A DNA stretch of 64,000 bases from Hormiphora californensis (GCA_020137815.1 CM035356.1:5518001-5582000); one strand, 5' to 3'. Positions 25,051-37,865 are shown, counted from the first letter of the stretch. Notes: generated from the letters alone by a model not told the origin. A program made the numbers and translations.

Positions 25051-26748
25051 GGGGGGGGGGGGGGGGGGGGGGGGGGCCAACGCTCATTTTTTATATATTT
25101 TTATATATTTTATATACCTTTTTTTGGAAAAAAAAAACATAATTTTTTATATATATATAAATATATAAAAATATATAAAAATACATATGAATATACAGTC
25201 GGACCCCGATTTAGTGGCCCCCGATTTAGTGGCACCCCGATTTAGTGGCAGGATTTTTTTCCCCCAAAAATTTTTTAAAATTTTTGTGAAATTTTTTTGA
25301 AAATTTTTTGAAAATTTTTCAAAGAACCACCAGCCACGTCCGAATCGTGTTTCGAATCAGTGAATCTTATCGCATGTCCTGCTGCTAATTAGACTGTTCG
25401 GAACGAACCGATACGTGATCCCCATGGGGCCATTGAATCACAAGTTCACCATGCGTCAAAATTTCGATTCGATGGGGATCACGTTTCGATTCGTTCCGAA
25501 CCGTCTAATTAGCAGCAGGACATGCGATAAGATGCACCGATTCGAAACAGGATTCGGACGTGGCTGGTATACCTTTAAAAAATTTTAAAACTTTTTTTTG
25601 CAAAATTTTACAGTAAGATTGTCAATGCTTTGATCGGTGCTCCCCACAAATTTTGAGAGAAAAAGTTATTTTGAAATTTTGATACTTCCTCACCCGCTTA
25701 GGGTGCCCCAATTCGGCATGGTATCACGTATCGGTTCTTTCGAACCCGCTAATTAGACATAAATCCAGTAAGCTGCACCGATTCGAAACACAAATCGGAC
25801 GGGCCGGTATAACTTAGAGAATTTTTCACAATTTTTTGAAAAAATTATCTTATAGTTTTCAGAAATGATCATGTCATCAATAAATGAATATTGCATATAA
25901 CAGTTAGAGGTGTCTTTAGTATTAGTATAGCATTTTGGGCATAAAATAGGTTTTTATGGGCCAAATATGGCTCACCTCGATTTAGTGGCACCCCGATTTA
26001 GTGGCAGGATTTTTTCCCCCCGAGGATGCCACTAAATCGGGGTCCGACTGTATAAAAATATATAAAAATATATAAAAAATATATAAAAATATATAAAAAA
26101 TTGTGCCGAAAGTGTGAAAACAGAAAGCTGTTTTTCGCCATAGCGGGATCAAATATCATTCAATTGATCTCAAACTTGGTCAGCATCTTCATCTAGATAA
26201 TCCTGATGATTTTCCGTCATCAATGTGACGTTTGTAACATCGTGACGTCGCGTCAATAACTTCATGACGTCAAAATGACGTCAAAAATGATTTGTTTTTT
26301 TAGTTTCGCGATCCCAACCTCTCTTCACCAGTTCTAGTACATATTCACGGATCAACATACAAAAAATGATTGAAATCACACCAAAACTGGTAGATATTAT
26401 TAGGCCGGAACCTCTCTTCACCAGTTCTACTTTTGACAGTGCATAATTCACTTTTGAACACATTCTCAATTATGTAAAACAGCTATCACCCTCTCAAACA
26501 CTTAAATTAACTCTATGAACATATTCAAGTGAACAATAGATGGAAATAATCCCCTTTTTTGAAAGTAAAAGGGGTGAAAAAAGGGTTTATTTTATATATT
26601 TTTATATATTTTTATATATTATTTATATAACTTTATATATTTTTATATATTTTTATATATTTTTATATATTTTTATATATTTTTATATATATATAAAAAA
26701 TTCCAAAATTAAGGAAATATATAAAAAATTCGTTGGCCCCCCCCCCCC
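25051..26748. mobile_element. G-run-ended TIR element (MULE/foldback-like) with AT-rich subterminal repeats
   Basis: GnCCAACG ... CGTTGGCn; ATATAAAAAT repeats at both ends; near-TSD TGTAATC/TGTAAATC. Confidence 0.6.
25196..26050. mobile_element. pogo/Tc1-type MITE nested in the previous element, with an internal 240-bp palindrome (~25330-25569)
   Basis: TA|CAGTCGGACCCCGATTTAGTGGC ... GCCACTAAATCGGGGTCCGACTG|TA. Confidence 0.85.
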
Positions 26749-27157
26749 TGTAAATCATTTGAAACAGACGGTTTGAAAATGAAAATAATTTCCACGTTAT
26801 ACAACAACTTCGTAATTAAACAATTGCAAAAAATGATATTTCATTTTCATTTCCTCGCTTATAACCTTTCGAACACTAGAAAACCATTTAGCAGCGTCTA
26901 GAGATCCACTTGCCTGGCTAGACTGTGTTTCGGGCGCCCCTTTACAAATGTAAAGGGAGAGTTAGAACATAGCAAAGATTCACATTTGAGATAACTATGT
27001 CCCAATAATTAGTGGTGATTCACAACCAATAGTACCCGCTCTAGAGATTGAGGGTCTGAACGAATTGTCCCAACTCTCATAATATCAATCAAAAATGGTT
27101 CATTGTTCCCTCTTTCACAGATCATATTGGTAACATAGACACCTATGTTACCAAGGA

Positions 27158-27672
27158 TCATACTGGTCCCTGTTTCGACACGATGAGAACCGAATGAAGG
27201 GCACAGACCGAGCGATTTAAGACTGAGTGTGTATTCTGATGTCTGGTAGTTTTTCCGAGGGAATGATGTCATGAGGGAGAATGATTCTAATTCGCTGTGT
27301 TTCTCTCTGATGAATGCTGCCACATCTCCCAGTGTATCTTCAGCCTTGAACGAATTTACCAGTGGTTGTCCTAGAGGGAAAGAAGAGAGATTAGATGTCA
27401 AACGATTCAATAAAATTAAATCCATCAATCCATCCCGGAGCCCCCTACCGGGTCGGCCGTCGGAGCAGCAAGACAGCCATGCATTTCAAATTATTTACCA
27501 CTTGGGAGTCGCAGTTGTAGCCTGCACTCATCATAGTTTTTAGGAGGGGCTGCAGCAGGGGTAGTTGAAACTGGTACAGCTGCTGGTATTGGTTGTTGTT
27601 CACTTCGCCTCTCTGCTGCTCTGGCTTCCCTGTTATACAAAGGAAGGAGGTTGTTATATTACATTTGTTGCG

Positions 27673-27756
<84 letters not shown>

Positions 27757-28113
27757 GGAACAATGCAGGAAGACGGTTAATATTACGTAGCTAACACTGC
27801 ATTTTATTTCACAACAAGCGTGCTCTGTGATGGTTCGGCAGAGCAAGGTAATTGTGGACGAGTGGGCCGGGGAAGACTCGAACAGAAAGCAGTATGTTTG
27901 GGGGAGAGGAGAGGGAATTGGGCAGATCAATACCTGTCTTTCTTGATCTGTGCCAAAACTTGTTTTCTAGATCTCTCATCTTCCAGCTTCTTCTGTCTCC
28001 GTTCCTCAGCCATGACTTTCATGTCGTCTTGTTGCTTTTTGTCCCGGTAGTCCGCCAAACTTTGCCCCTCTTTCCTCCTGGCAGATATCTTAGTGTCAGA
28101 GAGAGGGAGAGAA

Positions 28114-28154
<41 letters not shown>

Positions 28155-28207
28155 TTGGTTGGTTGATAGACAGGCAGGCAGACAGACAGGCAGGCAGACA
28201 GACAGGC

Positions 28208-28264
<57 letters not shown>

Positions 28265-28271
28265 GGCAGGC

Positions 28272-28306
<35 letters not shown>

Positions 28307-29921
28307 TATCATACCTGATTTTTTCTTTCAGTATAGAATCCTGTCGATCCTTTTCCTCTGTCTCCGCCCGTCTCTGTGCGATCCTGGCCTGGACTGCAGC
28401 CTGTTTTGCCGCCCGTTCCTCATCTGTTATCACTGGTGGCGCCTCTTGCTGCTCTCCCTGACTAAATGGGGGTGGGGGTCAATTAGACACTGGTGGCGCC
28501 TCCTGCTGCTCCCCCTCACTAATTGGGGGGGGGGTCAATTAGACACTGGAGGCGCCTCCTGCTGCTCTCCCTGACTAAATAGAGGGGGTCAATTAGACAC
28601 TGGTGGCGCCTCCTGATATAGATTTGGGATTTAAATTAGGCCAATATAATACCATAGTGGGGTCAATTAGACACTGTTAGCGCCTCTTACTCCTTCTCAC
28701 TAATTGGGGTTTAAATTGGGCCATGCAATACAAGGGTCAGACACTGGAGACGCCTAATTGGGATTTAATAGGGCCGATATAGTACGGGTATGGGGTCAAT
28801 TAGATACAGGCTTTTCGGCCCAAATTGTTGGGTAAGTGGTTGACCCACCCAATTTGTATCAATTAATGGCAGACTTTATAAAATTATTTCTACACACGTC
28901 CTACCCCAGGGGTACCAACGATAATTATACAAGAGCCCCCTAAATATATCAACTGGGAGGTCTCAGGACCATATATGGTTGTTGTATGTATCTAAATGTT
29001 ATCAGGAATACCGCAGTGGTGAGTGTACCCTGTCAGCCCAGTGGCTTTTTATAGCGAATGGGCGAATCCCATTCGCAGCGAGAAATTTGACTGACAGCAG
29101 AAAAATAGAGAGAAAAATCCCTGTTTTGCTTGCTAATGCTGCTCTCACACCTCATTAGTGCTCTTATGTGATCGTTACATGTTTAGAGAGCCACAATTGC
29201 TAGAAACGGGCGCGGATTTCGATTAGAGATCCCAATTGTTAGCAGTTATTCCCGCCGCGCCAGCGGAATTACAGCGGAATGGGAGAAGAACGAGAGCAGA
29301 ACGACTGCTGCCACAGCAGCAGCGACAGCGGAATGGGATCTAATCAGGTTCTGTGACATGCGATTCGCAGCGAGATTTTTCTAAAAAGCCACTGGGCCTG
29401 TCAGGCCAATACTCTGACCATGAGCTCCAGGCCAATACTCTACCACTTTGTATCTTGTTGAGTAGCAAAGTGTACCTGGGTGCAGTTGAATCAGCGGTGG
29501 ATCCCAGAACGTGTCCCTCCGACTCAGGGACAGGGTCATCAATATCTGGGTCATTCTCGTGGCACTCCAGCCACGCTATGGCACGTTCCAGGGACTCGTA
29601 CTGAGGATGGGGGGTATTAGGGCGATGGGCCTGGTGGGGAGTTATGTGGGGGGGGGGGTGCTATGGCACGTTCCAGGGAGTTATGCGGTGGGGGGGGGGG
29701 TGGACTGATGGACCCCAGTGGGGTGCTATTATAATAGAGTAGTAGAATTATTATAGTGGCAATCGATCCGGGTATCCCACACTTACCCTGTCAGAGCATT
29801 GGCCTGACCCTATTCTCTGTCAGAGCATTGGCCTGACAGCACTTACCCGTACGGCCTTTAGAGCCCGAGCTGTCCTATTTTCTCCGAATCCCATGGAAAC
29901 CATATCCTCCTTTAGGCCCAT
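27158..29921 (-). CDS. UBXN1: UBX domain-containing protein 1 (UBA-coiled coil-UBX, p97 cofactor); exons 29921-29847, 29600-29476, 28461-28315, 28077-27934, 27629-27499, 27370-27158 (+1 frameshift ~27194)
   Basis: MVSMGF.ENR..RAL, AIAWLECHENDPDID, EERRQKKLEDERSRKQVLAQIKKDR, YDECRLQLRLPSGQPL..F.AED.L, MTSFPRK, LGLCPS; all intron phases consistent. Confidence 0.88.
29037..29397. mobile_element. MITE with GCCCAGTGGCTTTTTA TIRs inserted into a CTGTCAG nano-element; its left end is also seen at ~35171
   Basis: GCCCAGTGGCTTTTTA ... TAAAAAGCCACTGGGC, flanked by CTGTCA on both sides. Confidence 0.65.
29788..29839. mobile_element. CTGTCAG nano-element (52 bp) inserted at the UBXN1 exon-1 donor
   Basis: Flanked by a perfect CACTTACC 8-bp TSD (GGTAAGTG on the gene strand). 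Confidence 0.75.
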
Positions 29922-30330
29922 GATGTCACCCTGTTAAATGTTGCCTAGCTAGACCCTGTTTTACAAAGGGAGGGTTAGAACATAATGTTATCCAATTAGA
30001 TCTGAAACATTTCCAAAAAGGTTTTAAATATCCCAATTAAGAGTTAATTAGAGTTAATTAGAGTTAATTAGAGCGGGTTCGGCATGTAGTATGGAGCTGT
30101 CGCAATGTTTGAAACAAAGGGATGGTTGGTAAAAATTTGCTAGTTTAAAAAGCGATCAATACAATCACACACACAAACCAGTAAAATATCTCGAATAGTG
30201 CAAGCTCACCAGTAATAACACACATTTTACCATCTCAAACCTTTCTCTCTCTCCAACCACACAGTTATCTCTCCGTCTGAACAAACTACGTATTAGATAT
30301 TAACTTGTCGTCCATATATAACAATCCAGT

Positions 30331-31461
30331 TCATGGTTCACTCTCCCCAGATAGCAGATATTCAAGGACCCGTTTAACCACAGCCACATTGAGCCCGTTG
30401 CCTAGCAACTTATAACGCTGCTTTAGAGTTAGTGACTCGGGGAAGGAAAAGGAGGCCGGGTAACCGTGTAATCTTGCTATCTCTGAGGGGGAGAAAAACC
30501 GTAGATTCAGAGACCTCATGTGATCCTCAAACTCAGATCCAGACAATTCACACGTCGCGAGACTGTTACAATTATCAGCCATCGGTCGGGGCCTGGAAAG
30601 ATTTGTTCGACCCTCCCTCCCCGCGCCCCGGGTTTGAACAAAACAAGGTCTGGAAAGATTTGTTGAGGGATTCTGTTGTATCACTGATCCAGATCCCTCT
30701 GCCTTTACTGTATAACCTTTTGTAAAACAACATGATCCATTATCTGACGGAGTGACAATATCCAATAGTTTACCCCACTTAGTCAGGAACTTCTCCCCTA
30801 GTTCACACTCCTCCTGGGTAGTGGTGGGGTCCAGGAATTCAGATAGGGGAGGGGGAGTTGGTGAGGGGGTGATATACCCAGGAAGGGATCGGAGTATTTC
30901 CCCCGATACTTCTGAGGGTGATCCACTCTCCAATCTCCTCGCCATAAGGTAATACCTTAGTCTTGAGTTAGGAATACCAAACTGGTTCGAATTCAGTAAG
31001 AATTCTTCAACTTTATATCCGTGTTCTTTAAAAAATTCCAGTATTTTACCCCGTGTATTTGAGTTTTCAAATCCCTGGACATTCTCAATAACAATATAAT
31101 CGGGAAGGTTTGGGAGTTCAGGAAATATAGAGAAGAGATGGAGAACAGAATCCGATCTAGCGTCCTGGTCATCTTTCCTGGCACCCTGTCTAGTGAATGG
31201 CTGACATGGGGGTGACATGACAAATACCGTCTCTGCATCATTATCAGATTTCATTATTTTACCAAGTTTAGTGGCTGTCAACCCGCACAGGTTTGTCTCA
31301 AAAACGGGTGTTTTGGGAAAGTTGTGGGCGTAAGCTGTATTTGCATTGCCCGATATCTCGAATGCTGCGATGACTTCGAAGGAGTGGGAGGGGAGGAGAG
31401 ATGATAGAGCGAGGTGGTAGCCACCGATACCAGAGTAGAACTCACAAACTTTGTATTTCAT
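30331..31461 (-). CDS. TRDMT1: tRNA (cytosine-38-C5) methyltransferase DNMT2, single coding exon
   Basis: EFYSGIGG (motif I), MSPPCQPFTR (IV), ENV (VI), PNSRLRYY (VIII), DNMT2-diagnostic CFTKGY, LRFFSPSEI (IX), LLGNGLNV (X). Confidence 0.95.
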   Translation of the reverse strand: MKYKVCEFYSGIGGYHLALSSLLPSHSFEVIAAFEISGNANTAYAHNFPKTPVFETNLCGLTATKLGKIMKSDNDAETVFVMSPPCQPFTRQGARKDDQDARSDSVLHLFSIFPELPNLPDYIVIENVQGFENSNTRGKILEFFKEHGYKVEEFLLNSNQFGIPNSRLRYYLMARRLESGSPSEVSGEILRSLPGYITPSPTPPPLSEFLDPTTTQEECELGEKFLTKWGKLLDIVTPSDNGSCCFTKGYTVKAEGSGSVIQQNPSTNLSRPCFVQTRGAGREGRTNLSRPRPMADNCNSLATCELSGSEFEDHMRSLNLRFFSPSEIARLHGYPASFSFPESLTLKQRYKLLGNGLNVAVVKRVLEYLLSGESEP

Positions 31462-31651
31462 AATCTAGAAGGGAAGAGTAGAACTCATAAACTTTATATT
31501 TCATAATCTGGAAGTGGAAGATTAGAACTCACAAACTTTATATTTCATAATCTAGAAGGGGAAGAGTTGCAACTTGCACGATCACTGCAGAACACAATAA
31601 TTGTTCTTACTGAAAACACTCTGTGCACAGTGTACAGAGTTGTATTAATTG

Positions 31652-31760
31652 CAGGAACCGACCGAAACAAGTAAACAACCAATCAGAACTCGTTATTTAG
31701 GTCACGTGACTGGTTATCAGCCAATCAGGGACCAGTATTTCCTGATTTGGTCGGTTCCTG
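31652..31760 (+). mobile_element. 109-bp hAT MITE (CAGGAACCGACC ends)
   Basis: TIR CAGGAACCGACC / GGTCGGTTCCTG; TSD ATTAATTG/ATTAACTG. Confidence 0.85.
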
Positions 31761-31796
31761 ATTAACTGGATAGCACACGCACAATATCATATTGTG

Positions 31797-33688
31797 TCAG
31801 GTAATACTAAGAGTATAGAAATCCCCATGATAGAAATGCTCTTCCTCTTCTCGTGCTCTATCCTTGGAGATAGCAGTACTGTCCCGATATATCGAGACTA
31901 CATCATAGTAATCCACCTCCTCTCTTCTTCTATCCTTGGAGGTATCACTGTGCTGATATAACGAGTCCCCATGATAATACTCCTCCTCTCTTCTTTTATC
32001 CTTGGAGGTAGCACTGTGCTGATAGTTGGAGCTAGCACTGGATGTATCAGGTTGGCTACCCTGGTATTTCACGGTATGTCGGGGAATAGACGTCGCTGCC
32101 CTGGCTGAAATACGGGTTAATAGTTTTGATAAAATTCAGGATAATTCTCAGTTAAACAATGATAATTAGAATAAATTATGAATGAATGAGATCCAAATTA
32201 TGAGTGACATCAGGAACCGACCGAATCAGGAAATACTGGTCCCTGATTGGCTGATAACCAGTCACGTGACCTAAATAACGAGTTCTGATTGGTTGTTTAC
32301 TTGTTTCGGTCGGTTCCTGAGTGACATCTACCTCTTTGTATCCGGCTGCCACGTCCCCGAGATGTGTTATCATGTGTCTTATCTTCCTCTTCTTCTTCAC
32401 TATCTGGTGCCCTGGACCACTCAGCGGACACCTTGGAATCCCAGTCATCTTCCTCTTCAGGGTTATACTGGATCGGTCTGGAGGTGTCAATACCAAATAC
32501 AGCTCTTGCTCCCTCTCCGAACTTCCGTGGGTCTACTTTAAATGGACCTGTAGAGTGGGAAGTTGCGGGGGTCTACTTTAAATGGACTTGTATAGTGGGA
32601 CACGAGATAATAAAATGTTTGGGAAGTAGTACTCAGCCAAACCTCGCTTATATTCAGACCTCCGGTAAAGTGAGGTTTCACTGTGAGATACGGGACATCT
32701 TCAATTAGCTGATTTAAAATCAGACCTACCACTCTCATAAAATGTTTCAGCCCCTGGTTTCGTTTTGTTTGGCTTCGTGGGAGGGTTTATGGCAGTCTCT
32801 GGAACTCGCCATGATCCAGTGGCGTTGTTGTTTTCAAAACAGTTTTGGGAGTAAATCGTTCCGTGATCCGCAGCTCTGGGTTGGTCCTAAAAGAAGAATG
32901 GGATGGGTAAAATATTTATAAACAGATGAACAAAATTGGCCAGCTGGTTATGTACATCTACATAAACATGAAGTGTATCGTGACATGTTATAACCCCTCT
33001 AATAATGACATTACTTAACATGGTCGTGACGTCACTTTAATTTGGGTATTGAGGGGTCTATCATTGCACAATAACAAGGCGTGGACCTCCCTCTCTATCT
33101 ATCTGCCCGTTACACATGAATCATGGGGTCTATGTATTTAACAATGGGGAGGAACCTTTGGGCGAGGTCTATCTATTGCATCATCTAACTACCCGCACTA
33201 CTCACCCTTTTGTATTCATCAAAGAGATGCAGGTTATCACCATGGTTACCACTCTGATGCAGGTTATCACCATGGTTACCACTCTGATGCAGGTTATCAC
33301 CATGGTTACCACTGTTATACAGGTTATCACCATGGTTACCACTGTTATGCAGGTTATCACCATGGTTACCACTGTAATGTAGGTTATCACCATGGTTACC
33401 ACTCTGATGCAGGTTATCACCATGGTTACCACTGTAATGCAGGTTATCACCATGGTTACCACTGTAATGCAGATTATCACCATGGTTACCACTGTGATGC
33501 AGGTTATCACCATGGTTACCACTATGATGCAGGTTATCACCATGGTTAACACTGTAATGCAGGTTATCACCATGGTTACCACTCTGATGCAGGTTATCAC
33601 TGCCGGAAAGGTATTTCTGGGTGATTTCTCGAAGTGGCGCCATGAGTCGTGCCATAAGAATTCCCTTTAGCTTCAAAATACCCCGGAC
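31797..33688 (-). CDS. Uncharacterised low-complexity protein with His/Asn-rich decapeptide repeats; exons 33688-33206, 32886-32730, 32547-32332, 32104-31797 (start unresolved, possibly MARLMAPL in the first exon)
   Basis: GT-AG junctions with phases 0,1,1 give a continuous ORF: ...(SGNHGDNLHx)n LFDEYKR|DQPRAADHG...FYES|GPFKVDPRKF...IQR|ARAATS...YTLSIT*. Confidence 0.6.
32211..32319 (-). mobile_element. Second copy of the 109-bp hAT MITE, intronic
   Basis: Reverse complement of 31652-31760; perfect 8-bp TSD AGTGACAT. Confidence 0.9.
33226..33600. repeat. 30-bp tandem repeat (~12.5 copies), coding on the minus strand
   Basis: GATGCAGGTTATCACCATGGTTACCACTCT units. Confidence 0.95.
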
Positions 33689-33880
33689 CTGGAACATGTT
33701 TGTTTGTGGTGAGAGAGAATTAGAGAAATAGGAGGATTCGAGCCCAATTAATAGGTACGGCTGGATAGTTAGATCTCTTCCGCCCACCTCGAGATTTTAT
33801 GGCCCCTCACTCATATTGCCTGCATACTGGCAATATGCCAACCCTATACAATATACCGCCATATATAATGCTCATATAAT

Positions 33881-33970
<90 letters not shown>

Positions 33971-34026
33971 GAGAGAGATGGAGAGAGAGAGAGAGAGAGA
34001 GAGGGGGGGGTGAGAGAGAGAGAGAG

Positions 34027-34074
<48 letters not shown>

Positions 34075-36492
34075 GAGAGAGAGAGAAAGAAAGAGAGAGA
34101 GAGAAAGAAAGAGAGGAGATAGAGAGAGCGGGGAAGATTGCTCAGCTCTGTTGTTGGTAGAGAAGAACAGATGCCAACTGGCAGGGATCCAATAGTGAAT
34201 CCATCTATCAAATTTCTTCCTTCTCTCTCCCTCCTTCTCTCTCTATCTTTCTCTATCTCTCTACCTTGGCAGTCAAATGCGTCTGTTGATGAGCGCCAAC
34301 AGGGAAGCTATCACAACGGTACACTTCTAAACATGTCGCGAGATCACGGAATACAGGCCTGAAGATAATGTTATGTGTTACCGGATAGTCACTAGAACCT
34401 GGGTGCAAGAACTCTCGACTTTTTCAGGTTGGGGAGGGCTTTCAGACAATATCGTGTCTTTAGAAAAGGAAACCACGTGGTGATCTAGACCGCTGCCTAC
34501 TATAGTTCGGCATCACCCTTTGGTTTTTGCCCCCCACCCCCGGCCCTTCCCTTTTGGGCGACGGCGGGTCCTCCTTTTCCTGTACCTAGTGACCGCTCGA
34601 ATCGCTTTATTTCCCGCCCACAATCCTTGCTTTTTTATACTCCGTGCTACTCTTAGCCCTTGTTAATTACGCGCGCAGTGTAAAATTTTAAAATTCATTG
34701 AAAATTTCCTCGCGTTTTATGTCGCCAAAAAAAGTCGACGAAAAATTCCAAATTCGTGAATTTAGAATTATAAGAACTCCGGTTAGTTCTCATCTTGCCA
34801 ATCCGTTTTCCGGGAACCCCTGGCCAAAGGACATTAAAATTCACATAGCGACCAAGTTTCATATCGATTGGATAAGATTTTGGGTGGCTACGGTGAAAAA
34901 TATCGTATTTTTGGCATTTTTAACTTTCCCGACGCGATTTACGACCCTTAAACATTGAGTTACGGGAAATCGCTATCAAGTAAAATGAAGTTCAAACGAT
35001 TCTCTTTCCCCACTATTGCGTTAGTTTTTTGATTTAGAGCCGTTTTCAGGGTCTTAGAAGCGTTTGAAAAATGTAGGTCTTTTTGTCGCAATGACGTCAC
35101 CCCGTGACGTCACTGCTGTAAAGATCGGATCAAAAATCTGAGCCCGTACTTACATCCGCCTTGGTCCAAGGCCCAGTGGCTTTTTATAGCGAATGGGCGA
35201 ATCCCATTCGCAGCGAGAAATTCATCTACTCTTCTACTCCTCTCTCTCTATCTCTCTTCTCTCTCGACCTCTCTCTCTCTCTCTCTCTCTTCTCTCCTCT
35301 ATCTCTCGCTCTCCAAAGTCTTTATGGTTGATAAAAGTTGCACCAAAAACGATTTTAGATATAGGATTTGCTAAGACAGAGATCGTTTGTATGAAACGAG
35401 AGGGAGGAGATCAGACCAAGTCTGAGGTCGCTCTTGCGTAGTGGCACCCTGTCTACGATGAGGGTGCGAGCATTGTTGTGTTCATTGGTGTGTGGACCTG
35501 TCTGGTTGCCCGCAGACCCCATCTGGGCGCACACTTGTCGAATACTCGGCCGCACTTCGAATCGGCGAAATGCGGTGGTGCACTCTGTCGAATCCGGCGT
35601 TGCGGTGCATGTCGGAATAGGGATGAACTGTCGAACGGGGTGCACGCAGTTGTCGAATCGAGGGGGCGCACTGTGTGTGCAGGAAGCGGGGTTTGCAATG
35701 TCGAATCGGGGTTTTGCAACTGAAGAATCGGGGGGGGGGGGTGGACCGGGGTGGGCTGGTCTGGCGCTACCAGACAGGACGTACCCAACCCAATAGAGAA
35801 TATATTTTTTAAATCCACCGTTGTTTTATATTTGAGAACAGATTTATATTAGATAGGAAAGCTGCTTATAAATATATAATTATTCGAAACTCCTCCAGCT
35901 AAAAACCAAGAAGTTAAAACTAGAACTGAATCTCTTTACATTTACAAAACTGAGAAGAAGTCTAAAACGACGAAATATGCAAAGTACTTTTTCTTCCCAT
36001 AATTATAATTACAATCCTTCCTCTGATTCCAATCTCTCCCTCTCTCTGGTCTCCCTTGTTCATGTCTGACTCTGACCTTTTTCAAGAAGTCTAACCAGCA
36101 TATCCCTATCTACACCACGCAATGATAGATCACCTGTCTGGCGGCGCCAACCCGATCTGAGCACATCAAAACTTGACATACAGTTTGTCGGCTATCACAC
36201 CGGGCGTAGCATGGCAAATCAAAACGGGGTATGGCGACACCAGAAGTAACATGCCGGATGGACACCAGAAGTAGATCACATTCACAAAATCCATGCAGGG
36301 ATTTCTGTGGTTATTTACCACTGGTCGTAACAGCTGTATACTTATAGGACCACACACCAAATCACTCGCAATCAAACGAGCAACACCCGAGGTGTGGTAG
36401 CGTGAACAAAACACTAATTGTGTACTGCAGAGATGTTGATCAGTTATAGTATTGGAGTAGAGGGTATACGAGGTCAATCTCAAAATTGGATG

Positions 36493-36591
<99 letters not shown>

Positions 36592-36599
36592 TCTCTCTC

Positions 36600-36657
<58 letters not shown>

Positions 36658-37504
36658 CCCGCGACGCCTTGTTTAGAGACTCAATCATTCATCAATCATT
36701 CTGCAATGTCTACTAGACATTCCAAATAAAGTACTCTAGATATTATAACCGATAGATATTCGTTATCAGACTCCGTCATATTATTAACTAAACTTTTCCG
36801 TTTTCAGTGACACTGTTTCGATCAGGCGAGATGATGCCATGATGGTCTGTTCCATTTCCCATCCCCATTACATGGCCAGGCGCAATTGTTTCCGTTATGC
36901 TACCGCTAGAAACAACAGTTTGGTTGTTCCGAGCTGGATTCCTCACAGATCTGGTAAACATTTACCTCCTACCGGATTCCGGATTTTTCAAAACAAGCTG
37001 TTCCCTAATGCCATAATGGACACCTGGAATGTTTGTAAAGGAGGTCAACAAATTGAGAAAACAGGAATGAATTGTGGACTGCTTAAGTTTTGAGTGTGTT
37101 TAATTTTTGAAACTTGATTGAATAAAAATTATTTTGGGTACAATTATAAAGAATGTAGTTATATGTGTCCGTGTGTGCTGATATTCGAATTGTTGGCGCG
37201 CGTTATTTATTTGCGCGTTCTATATCGCGCGCCGCGCAGCTTATTTTCATTTATTATTCAAATCTCAAATTGTCGGGTCTGGAAAAAAAAAATCGAACCG
37301 TCAATTTTTTAAATTTTCATTTTTGACCTTTCAAGTTTCAACTCCGTTTTATGTCACCAGAGAGGACCGGTGACTTGTGATATAGATCTCACAGCTCACA
37401 TAAAATGGGAAACCGTTCATGCGAGCGTTTTAAGCATACGAGTTAAAGAAGAGCCCCTTGGCGGTTGGCCGCTAAGGCTTGACCAGCATTGTGGTTTTTG
37501 ATCT

Positions 37505-37700
37505 AGGAGTTTCTTTCTCATCTGCGTTGAAGTGACAGGTTCCCTAGCTTCTTTAGTCGTTCCCAGTAATTGAGTTCACCCATGATTTTGAATCGCTTCG
37601 GCAACTTCCTCTGTACTATCTCAACTTTTTAAATGTGTGGGATTTTTGCTGAACAGCAGTAGTCCAATAACATTCTTGCAGATAAAGCTTATGGTTCAAT
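37505..37700 (-). mobile_element. Degenerate CR1/L2-type LINE 3' fragment
   Basis: Minus strand translates to LDYCC...VQRKLPKRFKIMGELNYWERLKKLGNLSLQRR*ER. Confidence 0.65.
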
Positions 37701-37865
37701 CTGAACCAATATCTTCAGTATTGCCTTAAATCAGCTACTCTAAAATCAATTCCAGCTAGGTATATCCATGATGAGGCTGGGTGCAGTAAAACCTGATGAA
37801 GGTGGATATGAACAAAATTAGATCTTTGTTCACAAAAGTTACACAACAGAACGAAGCCGTTGACT

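Noticed and set aside
30331-31461. Intronless C5-methyltransferase as a bacterial restriction-modification or horizontally acquired gene
   Set aside because: CFTxxY, PPCQPFTR and PNSR motifs identify eukaryotic DNMT2; no partner endonuclease is present.
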